NCBI RefSeq assembly: GCF_009914755.1
Contig: NC_060929.1
Source: the human T2T-CHM13v2.0 reference genome, Homo sapiens
Direction: 5' to 3' (one strand)
Length of the DNA: 64,000 bases
The notes beneath the pieces were generated by a model. The model was not told the DNA's origin. It worked only from the letters and a program-made list of their open reading frames with translations, and ran no database searches. Below are positions 1 through 14,559 of the stretch, one piece after another; position 1 is the first letter of the stretch; the number at the start of each line of letters is the position of its first letter. Both the position numbers and the translations under genes were made by a program.

Positions 1-394
1 TCAAGTATTATTAAGCATTTTCACCTTCTCTAAACTCTTTCCTCTACTGAAATTTTGTCATGGTTCACCTTATATCACTAGAAAACATTCCTCTCTATGT
101 ATTTTATGGGTTCTAAAGTTCCGTTCAAACTTAAGCACTGAATTAAACAGAAAGCTCTTAGCTGTTATCAATTGTGTTATTCCTAACATATAATAGGTAT
201 CCAATAAATGCTTGTTGTCCAAGGAATATATGATTACTTTCTTCGTCATCTCTTCCCTAGGCTTACATCATTCTTTCCTTATTTTTATCTTATTTGTTTT
301 GTCTGCTTTTTATCTCAATTACAGACTCCACATTACATGTTCTCCCATTCATTTTTTATAGGTCTCTCTTCACTCTACGTATATGGATACCTAT

Positions 395-515
395 GAGGGT
401 TGGAACCTTTTTTCTGTTTTGGTCTTTGCTGTGTACCTAGCTCCTAGCCTGGCACATAGTAGGCATTCAAAATATAATAATTAAATAAAGTAAATACATT
501 AATTAATTAATAAAT
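395..515 (+). mobile_element. L2 LINE 3' end fragment
   Basis: cctagcctggcacatagtaggcattcaaaata resembles the L2 3' terminus (cctggcacatagtaggcgctcaataaat). Confidence 0.45.
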
Positions 516-1324
516 CAGTGTAAAACGACCTTCACAATATGACTTTAGCTGCCATAAAGAAACTATTATAATATTCTCCCGAGGACTCTCCAGCTCAGTG
601 TGTTATTTTTCTAATTTCAAAGCATTTTTCATTTGTATCTGATGTTGTGGATTCTTGACACATTCATATAGCCATTTATTGGTCACTTACTTTATCAATC
701 CTCATCTATATCCCACTAGCTTCAACATATTCACATTAAATATTCTATCTCCTATTAAAAATCCGTTCACTCTGACACAACAGATCTTAAAATGCAAATC
801 TTATGTTCTCTCTTACTTCAGATTCTATGAATTCCCCCTTGGTTGAAATGAAGTTCATTGCATCAATGAAGATAAGTTTTTAATATTTGTCTCTACTAAA
901 TTAATAGTCTCATCAATCACTGGTACCCCCCCCAAATAAATATGAAGAAAAATTTTAAAAAACAGTATCAATGACCTAGCAAGAAAGCAAGCAGATGAAA
1001 ACAAACCATTCTAAAATATATCACTCTGGTGTAAAACAGAAAAAGGGAAAAGAAATACAGAACAGAGGTGTTTTTTCATGCCTGAGGTGTGAGGAAAAAA
1101 CTGTGAAAACGTCCCTAAGCCCCGCTTCCCCAGCTGACTTTCTTAACCCTCGCATATAAAAGTTATTAGCAAATAACTAGCTTAGGAAGAATATCACTCT
1201 GACAATAATTGAAACATGTTTATGGATATTTTATAATACAATTTTTAAAAAGCTAAAAATAATGAATAGATAAAAAAAGACATAAAAAGTGTACATCACA
1301 ATTATTGAATCAGAAATTAGAATA

Positions 1325-1653
1325 GCTGGGCACAGTGGCTCGTGCCTGTAATCCCAACACTTTGGGAGGCTGAGGCGGGCGGATCACTTGAGGTCAGGAG
1401 TTCGAGACCAGCCTGGCCAACATGGTGCAACCCCATCTCTACTGAAAATGCAAAATTAGCGGGCGTGGTGGCACACATCTGTAATCCCAGCTACTCTGGA
1501 GGCTGAAGCAGGGGAGTCACTTGAACCCATGAGGCAGAGGTTGCAGAGCCAAAATGGTGCCACTGCACTCCAGCCGAGGTGTCAAAGTGAGACTCTGCCT
1601 AAAAAAATTCAAAAAAAAAAAAAAAGAAAAGAAAAAGAAACAGGAGAAAAGAA
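1325..1653 (+). mobile_element. AluS (Sx/Sz-like), full length
   Basis: Both monomers and A-tail are present. 13-bp TSD agaaattagaata (1312-1324) / agaaatgagaata (1654-1666). Confidence 0.95.
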
Positions 1654-1699
1654 AGAAATGAGAATAATCTGATACTTATTTGTTTTCTATGCTATGGCA

Positions 1700-2260
1700 G
1701 AGATTAAAGAAAATAGTTTTCTTTGAAAAAGGTGCTCAAATAGGAGGTTCAAGGACTCATATAAAAATAATGAGATAACAAAAGCCATTAAAAAGTGTCC
1801 TTTCAGAACTCAGGAATGAAAGGAATATGAAAGGAAAAGAAAAACAAATCTATAGAATGCTACAAGCTGAAAAGTAAAAAAAAGGAAAGACTAAAACCAT
1901 AGTTAAACAGAGGAATGATTTGAGAAAATAACAATAGGGAAAATAAAGATTTATGTATTATTTGGGAGGAAATAATAGCTATATATGGAACAAAAAAAAT
2001 TGAACTTATTAATGATGTTTGTTGTTGAGGAAGAGGAGATAATAAAGAAAAAAGCAGAAACACTTCAAAATATAAGATCCATTTATTGAAATAAAGAAAG
2101 ACCTGAATCTGCAGTGATGCATTAATGAATAATCAATGTCAAGACATATCTGAAGGGAAATTATTGTACTTGTAGGATAAAGGAAGAGTCTTAGAGCTAT
2201 AAAGGCAACAATAATAATAAAAATCAATTTACTGGTCAAAAGGAAAAAAAATCTTCAGAC
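1700..2260 (+). mobile_element. Ancient L1M ORF1-like remnant
   Basis: A-rich sequence with degenerate ORF1 motifs (aagaaagacctgaatctgcag, aagacatatc, ggataaaggaagagtcttagagct). Confidence 0.4.
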
Positions 2261-2284
2261 CTTGAACTTTCGTATGTAGACACA

Positions 2285-2640
2285 GTTTATTCCATTGCAT
2301 CATTCCATTGTATAAATACAGCACAATTCATGTATCCATTCTATTGTTGATGTACATTTAAGTTGTTTCTAGTTTTGGGCTATTATATTCAGGGTTGGTA
2401 CCAACCATTGTGTGTATATCTTTAGGTAAATACATATAGCTATTTTTACATATAGGCAGTGCTTCTGTGAAAGTTGACTTGCTGGGTCACATGGAATACA
2501 AGTGTTCAGTTTTAGTTCAATACAGACATTTTCCCAACATAGTTGGGCCCATTTACACTAGATGTTCAGTTTCTCCACACACTTGCCAACAATCAGTACT
2601 GCTTGGCTTTTTATTTAAGCAATTCTGATGAGTGTGAAAG
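2285..2640 (-). mobile_element. L1ME-type 3' region fragment
   Basis: tattccattgtataaatacagcacaatt...gttgtttctagttttgggctatta...tttctccacacacttgccaaca is the typical antisense L1M 3' region. Confidence 0.7.
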
Positions 2641-2689
2641 ATTTTAAATTAGAAAACACTAATCTAGAGAAGTAAAGTACAAGTTTACA

Positions 2690-2980
2690 TAAAGGAAGGG
2701 CTTTTTGCTTATCAAAAGACACTATTAAGAGTTTAAAAAGACAAAGTTTAGCATGGGAAAATATATTACCACTCACACATTTACAAGGTACATGTAAAAA
2801 CATATTTAAGTATTTCAATAAATTTGTTAGGAAAAGAGGTCCTGGACAAAATGAACAAGTGACTTGAACAGGTTTTGTACAAACAAAGATGTCTAATAAC
2901 CAATAAATATATGAATATTTACCATTGATTTGAGGAAAAGGCACATTACTACTTATATCCATCAGAATAGTTAACATGAA
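2690..2980 (+). mobile_element. L1ME-type ORF2 C-terminal fragment
   Basis: tcaaaagacactattaagagtttaaaaagacaa...tgggaaaatata...gacttgaacagg...ccatcagaatagttaa. Confidence 0.65.
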
Positions 2981-3278
2981 ACAGATTTTCTTTGTTTCTG
3001 CTTAGATCCTGGAGTCATACCAGCCAGACTTATCTTTAACTTTTGACTTTTTATTCTTTTGACTCTATAGATAGTGTAATTTTATTTATTTTTTAAAAAT
3101 TTTGTGGGTACATAGTAGGTGTATATATTTATGGGGTACATGAAAAGTTTTGATACAGGCATGCAGTGCGTAATCATCACATAATGGAGAATGGGGTACC
3201 CATGACCTCAAGCATTTATCCTTTATATTACAAGCAATCCAGTTACATTCTTTTAGTTATTTTAAGCTGTACAATTAA

Positions 3279-3601
<323 letters not shown>

Positions 3602-3602
3602 G

Positions 3603-3873
<271 letters not shown>

Positions 3874-5369
3874 TTGGACTATTAAATAGTAGGTCTTATT
3901 AACTCTTTCTAGTTATTTTTTTGTACCTGTTAAGCATCTCCACCTTCCCCGTCAACACTCCACTACCCTTCCCAGCCTCTGGTAATCATCGTTCTTCTAC
4001 TCTCTGTATCCGTAAGTTCAAGTGTTTTGATTTTTATATCCCACAAATAAATAATAATGGATAGTAAAAATTTAAAATCCAAATCCTACCCCCCAAAAAG
4101 AGGCAGGATTGATGTCATAAATTTTCTTAAGAAGTTTTCTCCCCTTCTCTATCCAGGGCTCAGACCACTTCAGAAGATTTTTCTTGTGTTAAAAGCACGT
4201 ACTTACTAATTTTTTTCTTGCTAACTTTTTCCATGCAAGTGTAATCTTTTTAGTGTCCCAGATTCATTGAATACATTGCAATGGACCACCTTGTGCTGGT
4301 ACAATAGATTGTCTCCTATTGCTGATAGGACAATTCCAACCGTGGTAACTGGGATTAATTTACCATCACATGCCTTCAGGACATTCATGGGTTTACCAGT
4401 CGTTTACCTGTCAGGCTTTATGTTCATTTTCACGACCACTCCCCTCCTTCCTGGTTTAGAACTAAGTTTCAATAGTTAGAGTTGAGTCTGAGCTGAAAGG
4501 GCCTGCATATCACCATTCCAACTTAAAACATACATGAAGATAAAATTGTTGCACAGAACATGTAAAATGAGGATAGAACATAAGCTAGAAAAAAATCTAT
4601 AGGAATGTCCATATTTACAAAGCAGGTGGAAAGAGAAAAACTCACAAAGGTAAAAAAGAAAGGTTAGTACAATTTAATAATCATAAACTTCACAAGCTTT
4701 TTGTTGATAAAAAAGAAAAAATAGTTCAATAATTGATACAAAGTTTTCTATTACTCAGAATTTTGATTGATTTGATGGGGCTCGAATATGACCAAATGCT
4801 GATAAGAAGGAGTCTTTTTTGAAGGATAGGCGAAAAACACTCTATACAGACAGGAAAAAAGTAATCAATTGAGGTATCTGAAATACTGTAAAATTCATGT
4901 TAGGAAGCTACAGCTGGCTATATTTTGTGAGAACTTTTATCGGTATGTGGAGAGAAGAACGTCACAAGAGTAAGCCATTGTAAAATGTTGCTATGACATC
5001 CTCTTCAAACCGGTCTCTGCAGCTACCCTGGAGAGGGGACCATTCTGCAAGTACTCTTCAACATACACTTTGAAGCTCTTTCTACACTACCTTTACAGGC
5101 CAGAGTGTATCAGTAGACATTTGGGGAAATAAATATCTGCAATCCTGTTTTTTTCATTTCCACTTTATATTAAAGGTCATCCCAATAATAAGGGCTTTCT
5201 GGCAAAGAGTAAACAAAAACTTGTTCTTTGAGCATTAAACTTGATATATTGACATGCATTTGAAAAGATAGTTTAAGTGACTCAAAATTTGCATATTTTT
5301 ATACATGAAACCTACTCTCACCCCACCTTTGGCACTCAAAGTGACAAGATAAGAATAGTAGAGGAGAGT

Positions 5370-5520
5370 AAGTGCTTGGAATGCAGTTAAATGCAGTGTA
5401 AATGGATCCTTTTAAAGGATTACAGTTTTAATGGTTACTTAACCTACATATGACTCCATTTTTTTCTACAGAAGAATAAGAATAATATTTATTATTCATA
5501 AAACTCTTTAAATATGTCAC
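5370..5520 (+). mobile_element. MIR fragment
   Basis: gttacttaacct...ccatttttt...aagaataagaataat is a degenerate MIR core. Confidence 0.3.
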
Positions 5521-7179
5521 TTCATTAATCTCCTATCACTACTTGTGACCTGAGAGAGAAAAGCTAGATGAAATACAGAAGCTTTAAGGCTGGCACTCAA
5601 TTTTAGATATAGAAACTGATACCCCCAAAGGCTTGAGATAGTGCTATTTCAAGCTGTCATAGGAGTTGCAATGTCTCACAAACTAGAATTAAATAAGCTG
5701 GACATGTGTCTCACTGAGTTACTTAAAAATATAATGTTAGTATATTAGGACACACCAAAGCAATCAATATTTTATAAAACTGCTGGACTGGAATGTGGTT
5801 TCTGACTGGTATTAGTGTTAAATGCATTAACTTTAATGAAGAACTTAGTAATGATCTCTTAACAGCCTTATTGGGCTATGACTGCTTTTAAATGGCTTTT
5901 ACTATGTCCTTGGAATTAATATGACGCATGTGACAAAAGCTTGTTCAGTGTTAAGAGAGGATTAGATGAAGGAAATTAATTAAAGCTTCCTTGCAACGTT
6001 TTCCCCTTGAGCTATTCAATATGCTGAAGTGGTCTGACAGTGTACCATCCTTTCGATAAATCTACTCATTAAATAACTCAATTGGGTTTAAACACACATT
6101 CTATTGTTTAAAAAAAATTAGACCATCACTTTTCTCCTTGTCTTTCTAACCTGACCCCTTCAAGCCTCTGCCATTTCTGTGATTCGTAATTATCTTTTAG
6201 CTTCAATAATAGGATAGACACAAAGTGTGTTCACGTATTTCAGAGTCCACCAATTCACTTTTCTAAGACCTGTCTTCAACTGAAATAGCAAATTTAAATA
6301 GCTAAGGGACATTTGTTTAACTGATCTCCAAGACAAGCATCTAGGATGATTTTCTAGACTGGTCATCACAGCCATCAGTTATGTCCTGTGACATTAGATG
6401 GAGCACAATTCTATGAATCATGTTAAACCCTATTCCTACCAAGCTTTAATAACTGCCATAATCATCACTTTTCAGTTTTCTATTTTATAAGTGAATAGCA
6501 TTATCTGTCTTTAAATTTTCACAAACTGTGATTTACCTTGTTTTAGAAACATTATTGTTATATATTTATGAATTTTTACATAAATAATTATTTATAATAT
6601 GAAATAAAAATAATATTCACAAAAGAAAAATTGTTTTCTTGACAAAAAAGACAACATTTTACTATGGCAATGCTCACAGTCTATGAACTATGAACTATGT
6701 CATAGTCTATGACAGTGTTAAAAATGAAATGGGATAAAATACTTCCTTAAAAATTATATCAAATTTGATGTGTTCAGGTAAACAAACATAAAATTCAGAA
6801 TTCCTTACTAATCTCAATCAAATAAAAAGCCCAGGCTTTAAAATGTTAAGATGGCTGCTTTTTTTCTGTCAAGTATGTGGAGGATGTAGATATAAAGGCT
6901 TCCCTCTAAAACTAATGTTAGACTGTGCAGTATTTCTCTTTTCTTTCATCAAAATATTATTTTTTCTACACACACTGTTGGTAAGCAAAACCAACCTGGA
7001 AAAAGAGGAATATGACTTCTATTTAACATTTTTACTTGGTTAATCAGCAATAGATGATCATAGTTTAATTAACAGCACTCAGACCAAAATAGAAATCGAA
7101 ACTTGTTTATACAAATTTAACTACATGTAAACTTATAATTTTCTAATTAAAACTTGTATAGATATACTGCACCCCTGAA

Positions 7180-7226
7180 TGTGAGCGTGTGCATGCATAC
7201 ACACACACATGCTCACACATACACAT
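7180..7226. repeat. Imperfect (TG)/(CA) microsatellite
   Basis: gtgagcgtgtgcatgcatacacacacacatgctcacacatacacat. Confidence 0.7.
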
Positions 7227-8339
7227 GAGCACCATTTAACCAAATTTCTAATATACTCGCTGATTGCATTGTAGTAATAACACTATGAGAAAGCTAGTAA
7301 TGTTATTCTTCATTAAATTGGACTGTTTTTTCTGAAGTAAAAAATGAACTGATCATATTGACAAATTTTACGTAATTTATAACACTGACACACCAATATA
7401 GAAAAAAATCTTGTTTATATGTTTACTAATTTGCTTATCCTTTGTTTTAATCAGTATAAGACTGGTAATTTCATTGTTCCATGTATCACTTTCAAATTTT
7501 AAAATAACCATGATAATAAATCTGATGTTTAAGATTAAACATTTAAAATAAGCCAGAATACAAATTTGACCAAGTGAACTACATTAAGTGTATTTCAGGA
7601 TCATGAAAATTAAGATAGATGACAGCTATGATTCTAAAATAAAATCTTGCAAATGAAATATTTAATGAGATTCAGAAACAATGCATTCATGCAAAATTTT
7701 ACAAAAATCATTAGTGAGAAGCATAGTAATTCAACTGTCTTAAAACTTGTGCATAACATTTTACTTCAAAGAAGATCGGCAACATTAAAGCTCTCATACA
7801 AATCTAAATTCTCTATCTTGTTATGCATGGTAATGAATACTGTATTTTACCCAACAAAATGTGAATTGTAAAATTTTAAGACTTTTGTAGGAAAGCATAA
7901 TCTGAGTTTCTTTATGGGGTTTCTAATACATAGGTTAACAACATAAGCACAATTGCAAACTTTATCATCTTTTGCTTGCACCTTAAAAACAGTTTACCTA
8001 AGTTAAAAAAAAGTCTGTTTTTCGTTCCATTATTCTTAAATAACTGTGTTCTGACTAAATAATCTGGAAGTTCTGTCTTTGAGGTTTTTTTTTAAATAGG
8101 ATGAATTTCAAAATTATTCTAATTAATAATGATAGTGCCCTGTGACATTAAAGTCCTTAATTTAAACTAAAATTTAGATAACACATTGGCAACAGATAGG
8201 AAGCCCAAATATAAAGATTATTTCCATAGTTTGCCTAGATTTAGGTGGATATTCTAGTATGATGTGGTTCCCAGAAGTTGCTGTGATTTCAATATATCTA
8301 TTTTTTGCAGGACTTTGTAGTATGTATTCTTACAGCACT

Positions 8340-8492
8340 TTCATTAGAATCAGGAAGAGTGCTTATTTCAAATATGGATTCCTGGATACCACCAGAGAGC
8401 AACTGAATCACAATCTATTTAGTAGAGCATGAATTTGCATGTTAACGACTTGTCCTGTCCTAGACCTTTATGCACATTAAGTTAAAGATTCT
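8340..8492. mobile_element. MER5A-like hAT-Charlie remnant
   Basis: aaatatggattcctggataccacc...actgaatcacaatct...gaatttgcatgttaac...tatgcacattaagtt. Confidence 0.5.
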
Positions 8493-9643
8493 GTCAATTA
8501 GTTTACATAGCTCTCAGTCACAAATAGGACCCGGTGATCAAGTGTGGATAACATTTTGTATGTAACAAATTTTCTGTTCCACAAACTTTAAGTACAAATG
8601 AGGAAGAGTAGAAGACTCAAGATATGCCAGGGACATGGATCAGCTCAGTGATTTGCAAGCTTGCTAGAAGTCAAAAGTAAATCATAAATAGCTAGATATC
8701 CAGACAACCTACAGAATGAGAACCTCTTGGGACACAAGTTTGGTAATCAATATATTTAACTATCTTGTCTGGTGACATTTATCATTTAGGAACTTTGGAT
8801 TGTACTTCCTAGAGTATTTCCAGGCTGGCCCTACAAAATAATCATAATTTTGATATTAATTGTAACAATTTCTAAATTGCAAATGTGGCATTTTATCCTT
8901 AGTTATTGCAAGCACTTTAATCTTTTAAATTATGTTCCTGATATCTTTTGATACCTTATATGCCCTTACTTTTTACTTATGATAGACTTAATACTGATTT
9001 CCTGTTGCTATTCCTATATTTCTCCAGGATTGTTTTTAATGAAGAATCATTAATGTACTCAATATTTGTACAACCTAGTCTGTGAGCTATTTGAGTCCAG
9101 TCATAATATAGTCCTATGTACACTGGCAAAATATTAAGGTTTTTTTTTACACATACAAACACACTAAAAGCACTTAAAAGGAGATAGATATATTTCCCAC
9201 AAATTCAGTAACTTGAAAGATATGCGCAATTTATGTCATGAGATAGAAAGAAGAGAAGTAATTATTCTTGTTAACACACACAAAGATGATTGATTCCTGG
9301 CTTATAATTTAGAAAACAATTTAAGAAACACAAATGAAAACAGAAAAACTACAATTAGTCATTGCTCACTAAAGCAAACAATTGTGCAACCATGTAAAAA
9401 TAATTATAGTTTAGTTCTTTACAGGGTTCATTATAATCCATGTAAAACCAAAAAAAGCAGATCTTTAAAAGAGGTTTCATTAAGAATAAAACATTATTTA
9501 GAGTATAAAATTGTGACCACCTTGCCTGTGTTTTGTCAATATGTTTTGGGTGCTGAGAAGCAGAGAACACAAAAGGCAGCACCATTTTCTGATATTGCAA
9601 GAGAAATAGAATGGTAAAATTTGGGAGGTACATGCTATACTAA

Positions 9644-9992
<349 letters not shown>

Positions 9993-10855
9993 AAAAAGTA
10001 AACTTTTAAATTAGGACATATCCACTTGGAGATATTGGAATATAGTGATTGTTTTTCATTATTTTTTAATTAAGTACTGTAGACAATAAATAGCATTAAA
10101 TTTTCAAAAAGAATTTCACTTTAGCAGGATAAATTTGAGAACAGTTCTAATATTTCATACCCCAAGCATGCACATTAAGGGAATAGAGTCTCTGCAGCCT
10201 AAAATTACTAATTGTGTTTATCAGTGTAACAGGTCAAATTCAGCACAAAGGTATGGGAATGGAAAAAAGGTAATATAGACAGCAACTAGGCCAACAGCAA
10301 AAATACTCATACAAAAGCATTCACAGACTTTTACCCAGTCTAATTTCACATATAGATTCTGAGTCTGATCAACATCAGCCTTAGGCAATGAAGAAATAGA
10401 GTAGGGCGTTTAAATCAAATTTAGAATACATAAGATAACTAACTCAAATTATAATGGAGTTACAGATAACTAAACTACAAAGTTCCTAAAACATTGTAAG
10501 AAAGAACAAAAAGTAGGAATGTACACAAATATACCTACCAGATTGGGTTGTGGAGCTCATTTTCAGGAATTGGGGATAGGAACTTTGGAGCAAGCATCCC
10601 ATGTGATAGATCTGATAGATATTACAAATGAGAGAAGATGATGTTAAGTATGTGTGCTTTGTATTATAAACACATTCCTTCTTTGTTGTTACTGAAAGCC
10701 TATTGTCAAGATTTAAGTTAATATTTAATTAATTTTCCCTCTGTTGATCTGTTGCTTTCCATGATACCATTCCCTTTTCCAGATAGGTCATCATAAAACT
10801 GTACATTTTTTATGTTCATTGATGATAAGCATAATGCTAGTGGTAATCAGAGCAA

Positions 10856-11645
10856 TGAAACAGCCTTTGCAGAGATTACGACAGTGAGAAATGTCTAGCA
10901 TGGCTGATTCCATCTTGCTTCTAGCCTCACAGGCTGGCTGGCTTCTCTCATCCAGGACATAGACCAAACTAACAATGGGAGGAATTTAGTTTATAGTTTA
11001 ATTTTGAAGCAAGAATGATAATAGCCCCTCCTTAAAACTAATCCACTCCTTGCTCAGGGACTGAAGTCACCTTTGTAAAACTAATGAAAGGTATGAGATT
11101 AGGATTATGGGAAAGGCCTGAATTCTGCTAAATGTAGGTAGTTAAAGGATAACCAGCCATTTTTCCTTAGCTTGCTTCTCTATAATCTCTTCCTGCTCCA
11201 AATCGTGCAGGCAGAGGTCACAAAATTTGTGACTTCCCCAATTGCTTGGAGAGATACCATGACGACTGTAGAACCTAAGATTGGTCTTTTGAAATGGCTT
11301 TCAGACTTTTGCATTCTGATGACAGACTGATTCCATCTTGACCTGTGACTCATAACTCAACCAGTCCTTTGGCCCCCACCCAGAGACTGACTCAGCTCAC
11401 AAGGTTTTTTTTCCCACACTCTCATGATGTTATCCTCAACCAATCAGCAGCACCCATTCCCTAGCCCCTGCCTGCCAAATTATCCATTAAAACCCTAGCC
11501 TCTGAGTTCCTAGGGAGACAAATTTGGGCATTCTTCCACTTGGCTGCCTTGCAATAATTAAACTCCTTCTCTACTGCAATAATGCTGTCTCAGAGAACAG
11601 GGTTTATCTGTGCAGCAGGCAAAAAGAACACATCAGGAAATTACA
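10856..11645 (+). mobile_element. Solo LTR, LTR8A/LTR8B-like (ERV1)
   Basis: Starts tgaaacagcctttgcagagattacgacagtgag and contains gattccatcttgcttctagcctcacaggctgg and gggaggaatttagtttatagttta. CCAAT at 11440, ATTAAA at 11557, ends ttaca. Confidence 0.85.
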
Positions 11646-12764
11646 ATAATGGTAGTGACTGGCCATTTCTATGTGCTGTGAATTCTGTTAATAATAAGTA
11701 TTCTACAAAATGTATTACCTCACGTAATGAGATCTGTCCTGTTTATTACAAATAAAATAGATGAATAAAAATACATTACTCAGTAAGAGATTAATTTGTG
11801 AGTTTTTTAAAAACTCTTCTTTACTAGCTCCAAATATTTTATTTCCTATGATTCTTAAATAGACTTTCTTAGTCTTATATGTAGTGGAATGACCAAATCA
11901 TGCCAACTCTAGTAGTCAGATATACTTTGACACATCTAAATAAGAGTGAAGAAAATTCTGCCAGGCCATAAAATCCCTTCTTCAGTGGAAAATTGGTGAG
12001 GGAGGATTACTCTGAATATAGAGAAAGTGGAGCCTAGAAGGGTTTATTGGCACAGTAGAGAGAAAATATTAGTCTGAAAACATACATTTTTATTCCCAAT
12101 CTTCTCCAGCTCAGACTGAAAGAATATATTTCTTAGAGCTTGGCTCTAAGAAAATGTATGTGAAGAAATCTCATCTCTGATATATAGTCTACAAGTGACT
12201 TTGACAAAGTAAGACATTACCATTGACAATGCTGAAGTATTGCCAATGAGAAGGGCCGCTGTATAAGTTATGATAATATCTTTGGTAACAACAATATCGA
12301 TTTTGTGTTGGTGAGGGAGGCTTAAAACTTAGTTTGTGAATCAAGCCTCTCTGCATATATGTACCCATGAGGAAAACCTATTATTCTTGAAAGCACCTAT
12401 AATATAGCACTGTAGAGGTAGAGGATGTTTTCTTCTTGTTAGATTGTCTATGAGTAATACATTTTTCACTGGAATACCTCAAGTTGCTTCTGTTTTTAAG
12501 TGGAAAGATCCCAGGTACAATAATAGAGACTCTTCAAAAATCTACGGGAAATATTTTAGTCAGAATTATTTCTTCCATGAGAGAAAAAGATTATAAACCA
12601 CATCAAGTCATTGGGTGACTTGTAGATTGGATGTCACTGGAACATCTCAATAAGAGTTGATGAGTAAGAAAGGCAAAGGCAAGCTTCACCAAGGTCTTTT
12701 CCTGGAATATGTATACTAAGAGTCTATGAAGCTTTTATTTTATTTTACCTGAGAATATAATCGT

Positions 12765-13064
<300 letters not shown>

Positions 13065-14559
13065 AATCTTTCTATATTTAAAAATTTATGTAATTCATAT
13101 TAACATTTTTATGTGAAACATGTTTTACATAGTATTCTTACAACTCCTAAAATATTATAGTTTCTGTTTAGCTGCTGTGCTCTCTACCCTTCATTAATAA
13201 AACACACACACATACTTACTTTTATTTTTATTGCTTTTACATTTTTAGAAAAATCTAAAAATTACTACTTAATTACTTCACCTATAAAAATAAATTGATC
13301 ATTTAATGAGATGCAATTTAAGGTACATTCGCTATTCATTTTGTTTTCTCATTCTTTCTTTCTATTTTATTTCCTCTTCTCTTTTAACACTGCTTCATAA
13401 TTCTGTCACCCTTTTGCTCACAGGGAAAAAATGTGGCATTTTGTAATATCAAGTAATATGTGTTATAACTTTGCTAAACATCTCATCATCAGTTTGTTGC
13501 AAGAGATTTATAATTCAGATTTTCATTAAAAAAGAGAAAGAATCAACACCTATGTTGTGCTAAATCCTATGCAGCTGCTGCTACAGCAGCTTAAAACCAT
13601 GTAAACTGGAAGGCATTCAGTACTTTGCATGATATACAAGACTGTAACTTCTTTCAAATGTTGTGATTGTTTTAAATATTAAGATTAAAATCTAAGAAAG
13701 CATGGTAAAATAAAATAACTTAGAAGTGTTCACATTTATTTTACGGAAAAGAGAGTTCTTTGAATCAGAAGCTAAATGAGTATCTATAACTGAAATTAAA
13801 ATACCCAGCTACTCTTGAAATTGAAGTAGAAAAGCAGACTCTAAGAGGAATATTCTATATTAATGCATCTCCTCTAGTAATCTTAACTGTATTGCAATGT
13901 GCTTTTTGCCTAAATATCAATCTATTTGGCATTTTTATTACAATTCCGCAAATGGAAAGAGAGCAAATGAACCATTTACTGCCTTTATTTTCTGGGTGTA
14001 ATCATGTTTCTGTTTTCCATTCAATGATAGTCAAATTTTTTATTCTAACATAAAACATTCTTCAGCATTAATGACCAGTTATGGTAAGGGCTTGATATTG
14101 TACCCTATGCTCATTTATATTATAATGTACACAATGCCAGAATCAGTTGTTTATAAACTTTAGTTGAGAGGTTAGAAAATAATACCCTAATGGAAAATGT
14201 TACATATTTTAAATAATGTTTATGGGCCAGCCAAATATAAGACAAACACCACTGTACATATATATTTTAAATTTACTGTATTTAAAATAGCAGCACTGAA
14301 GAAGGGAGATCTTTCTTTAAAGCACTATAATGTAGACTTAGTAACTTTTTTTAAAAATGTGCATCTTTCTATAGAAATTGCATGCATTTTCCACATTAAA
14401 GAACCTTGTAATTATGATTATTAATTTTCCTATATCAATGAAAGTTTTCATAGTCTCTGTATCATGATAAAAACAAAATAAGCTTATAAGTTAGTGTGAA
14501 AAAAGTGTTTCCTTTTTAAGATAGCTGGCTTTTTTTTTCAATGTAATATTACAAGCCCA

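Noticed and set aside
5800-6100. Possible conserved enhancer (TAAT-rich unique sequence); similar stretches at 4250-4480 and 13400-14100
   Set aside because: Such motifs are expected at this AT content, and conservation cannot be judged without alignments.
11880-12720. Possible old LTR or internal retroelement sequence
   Set aside because: I could not match it to any family with confidence.
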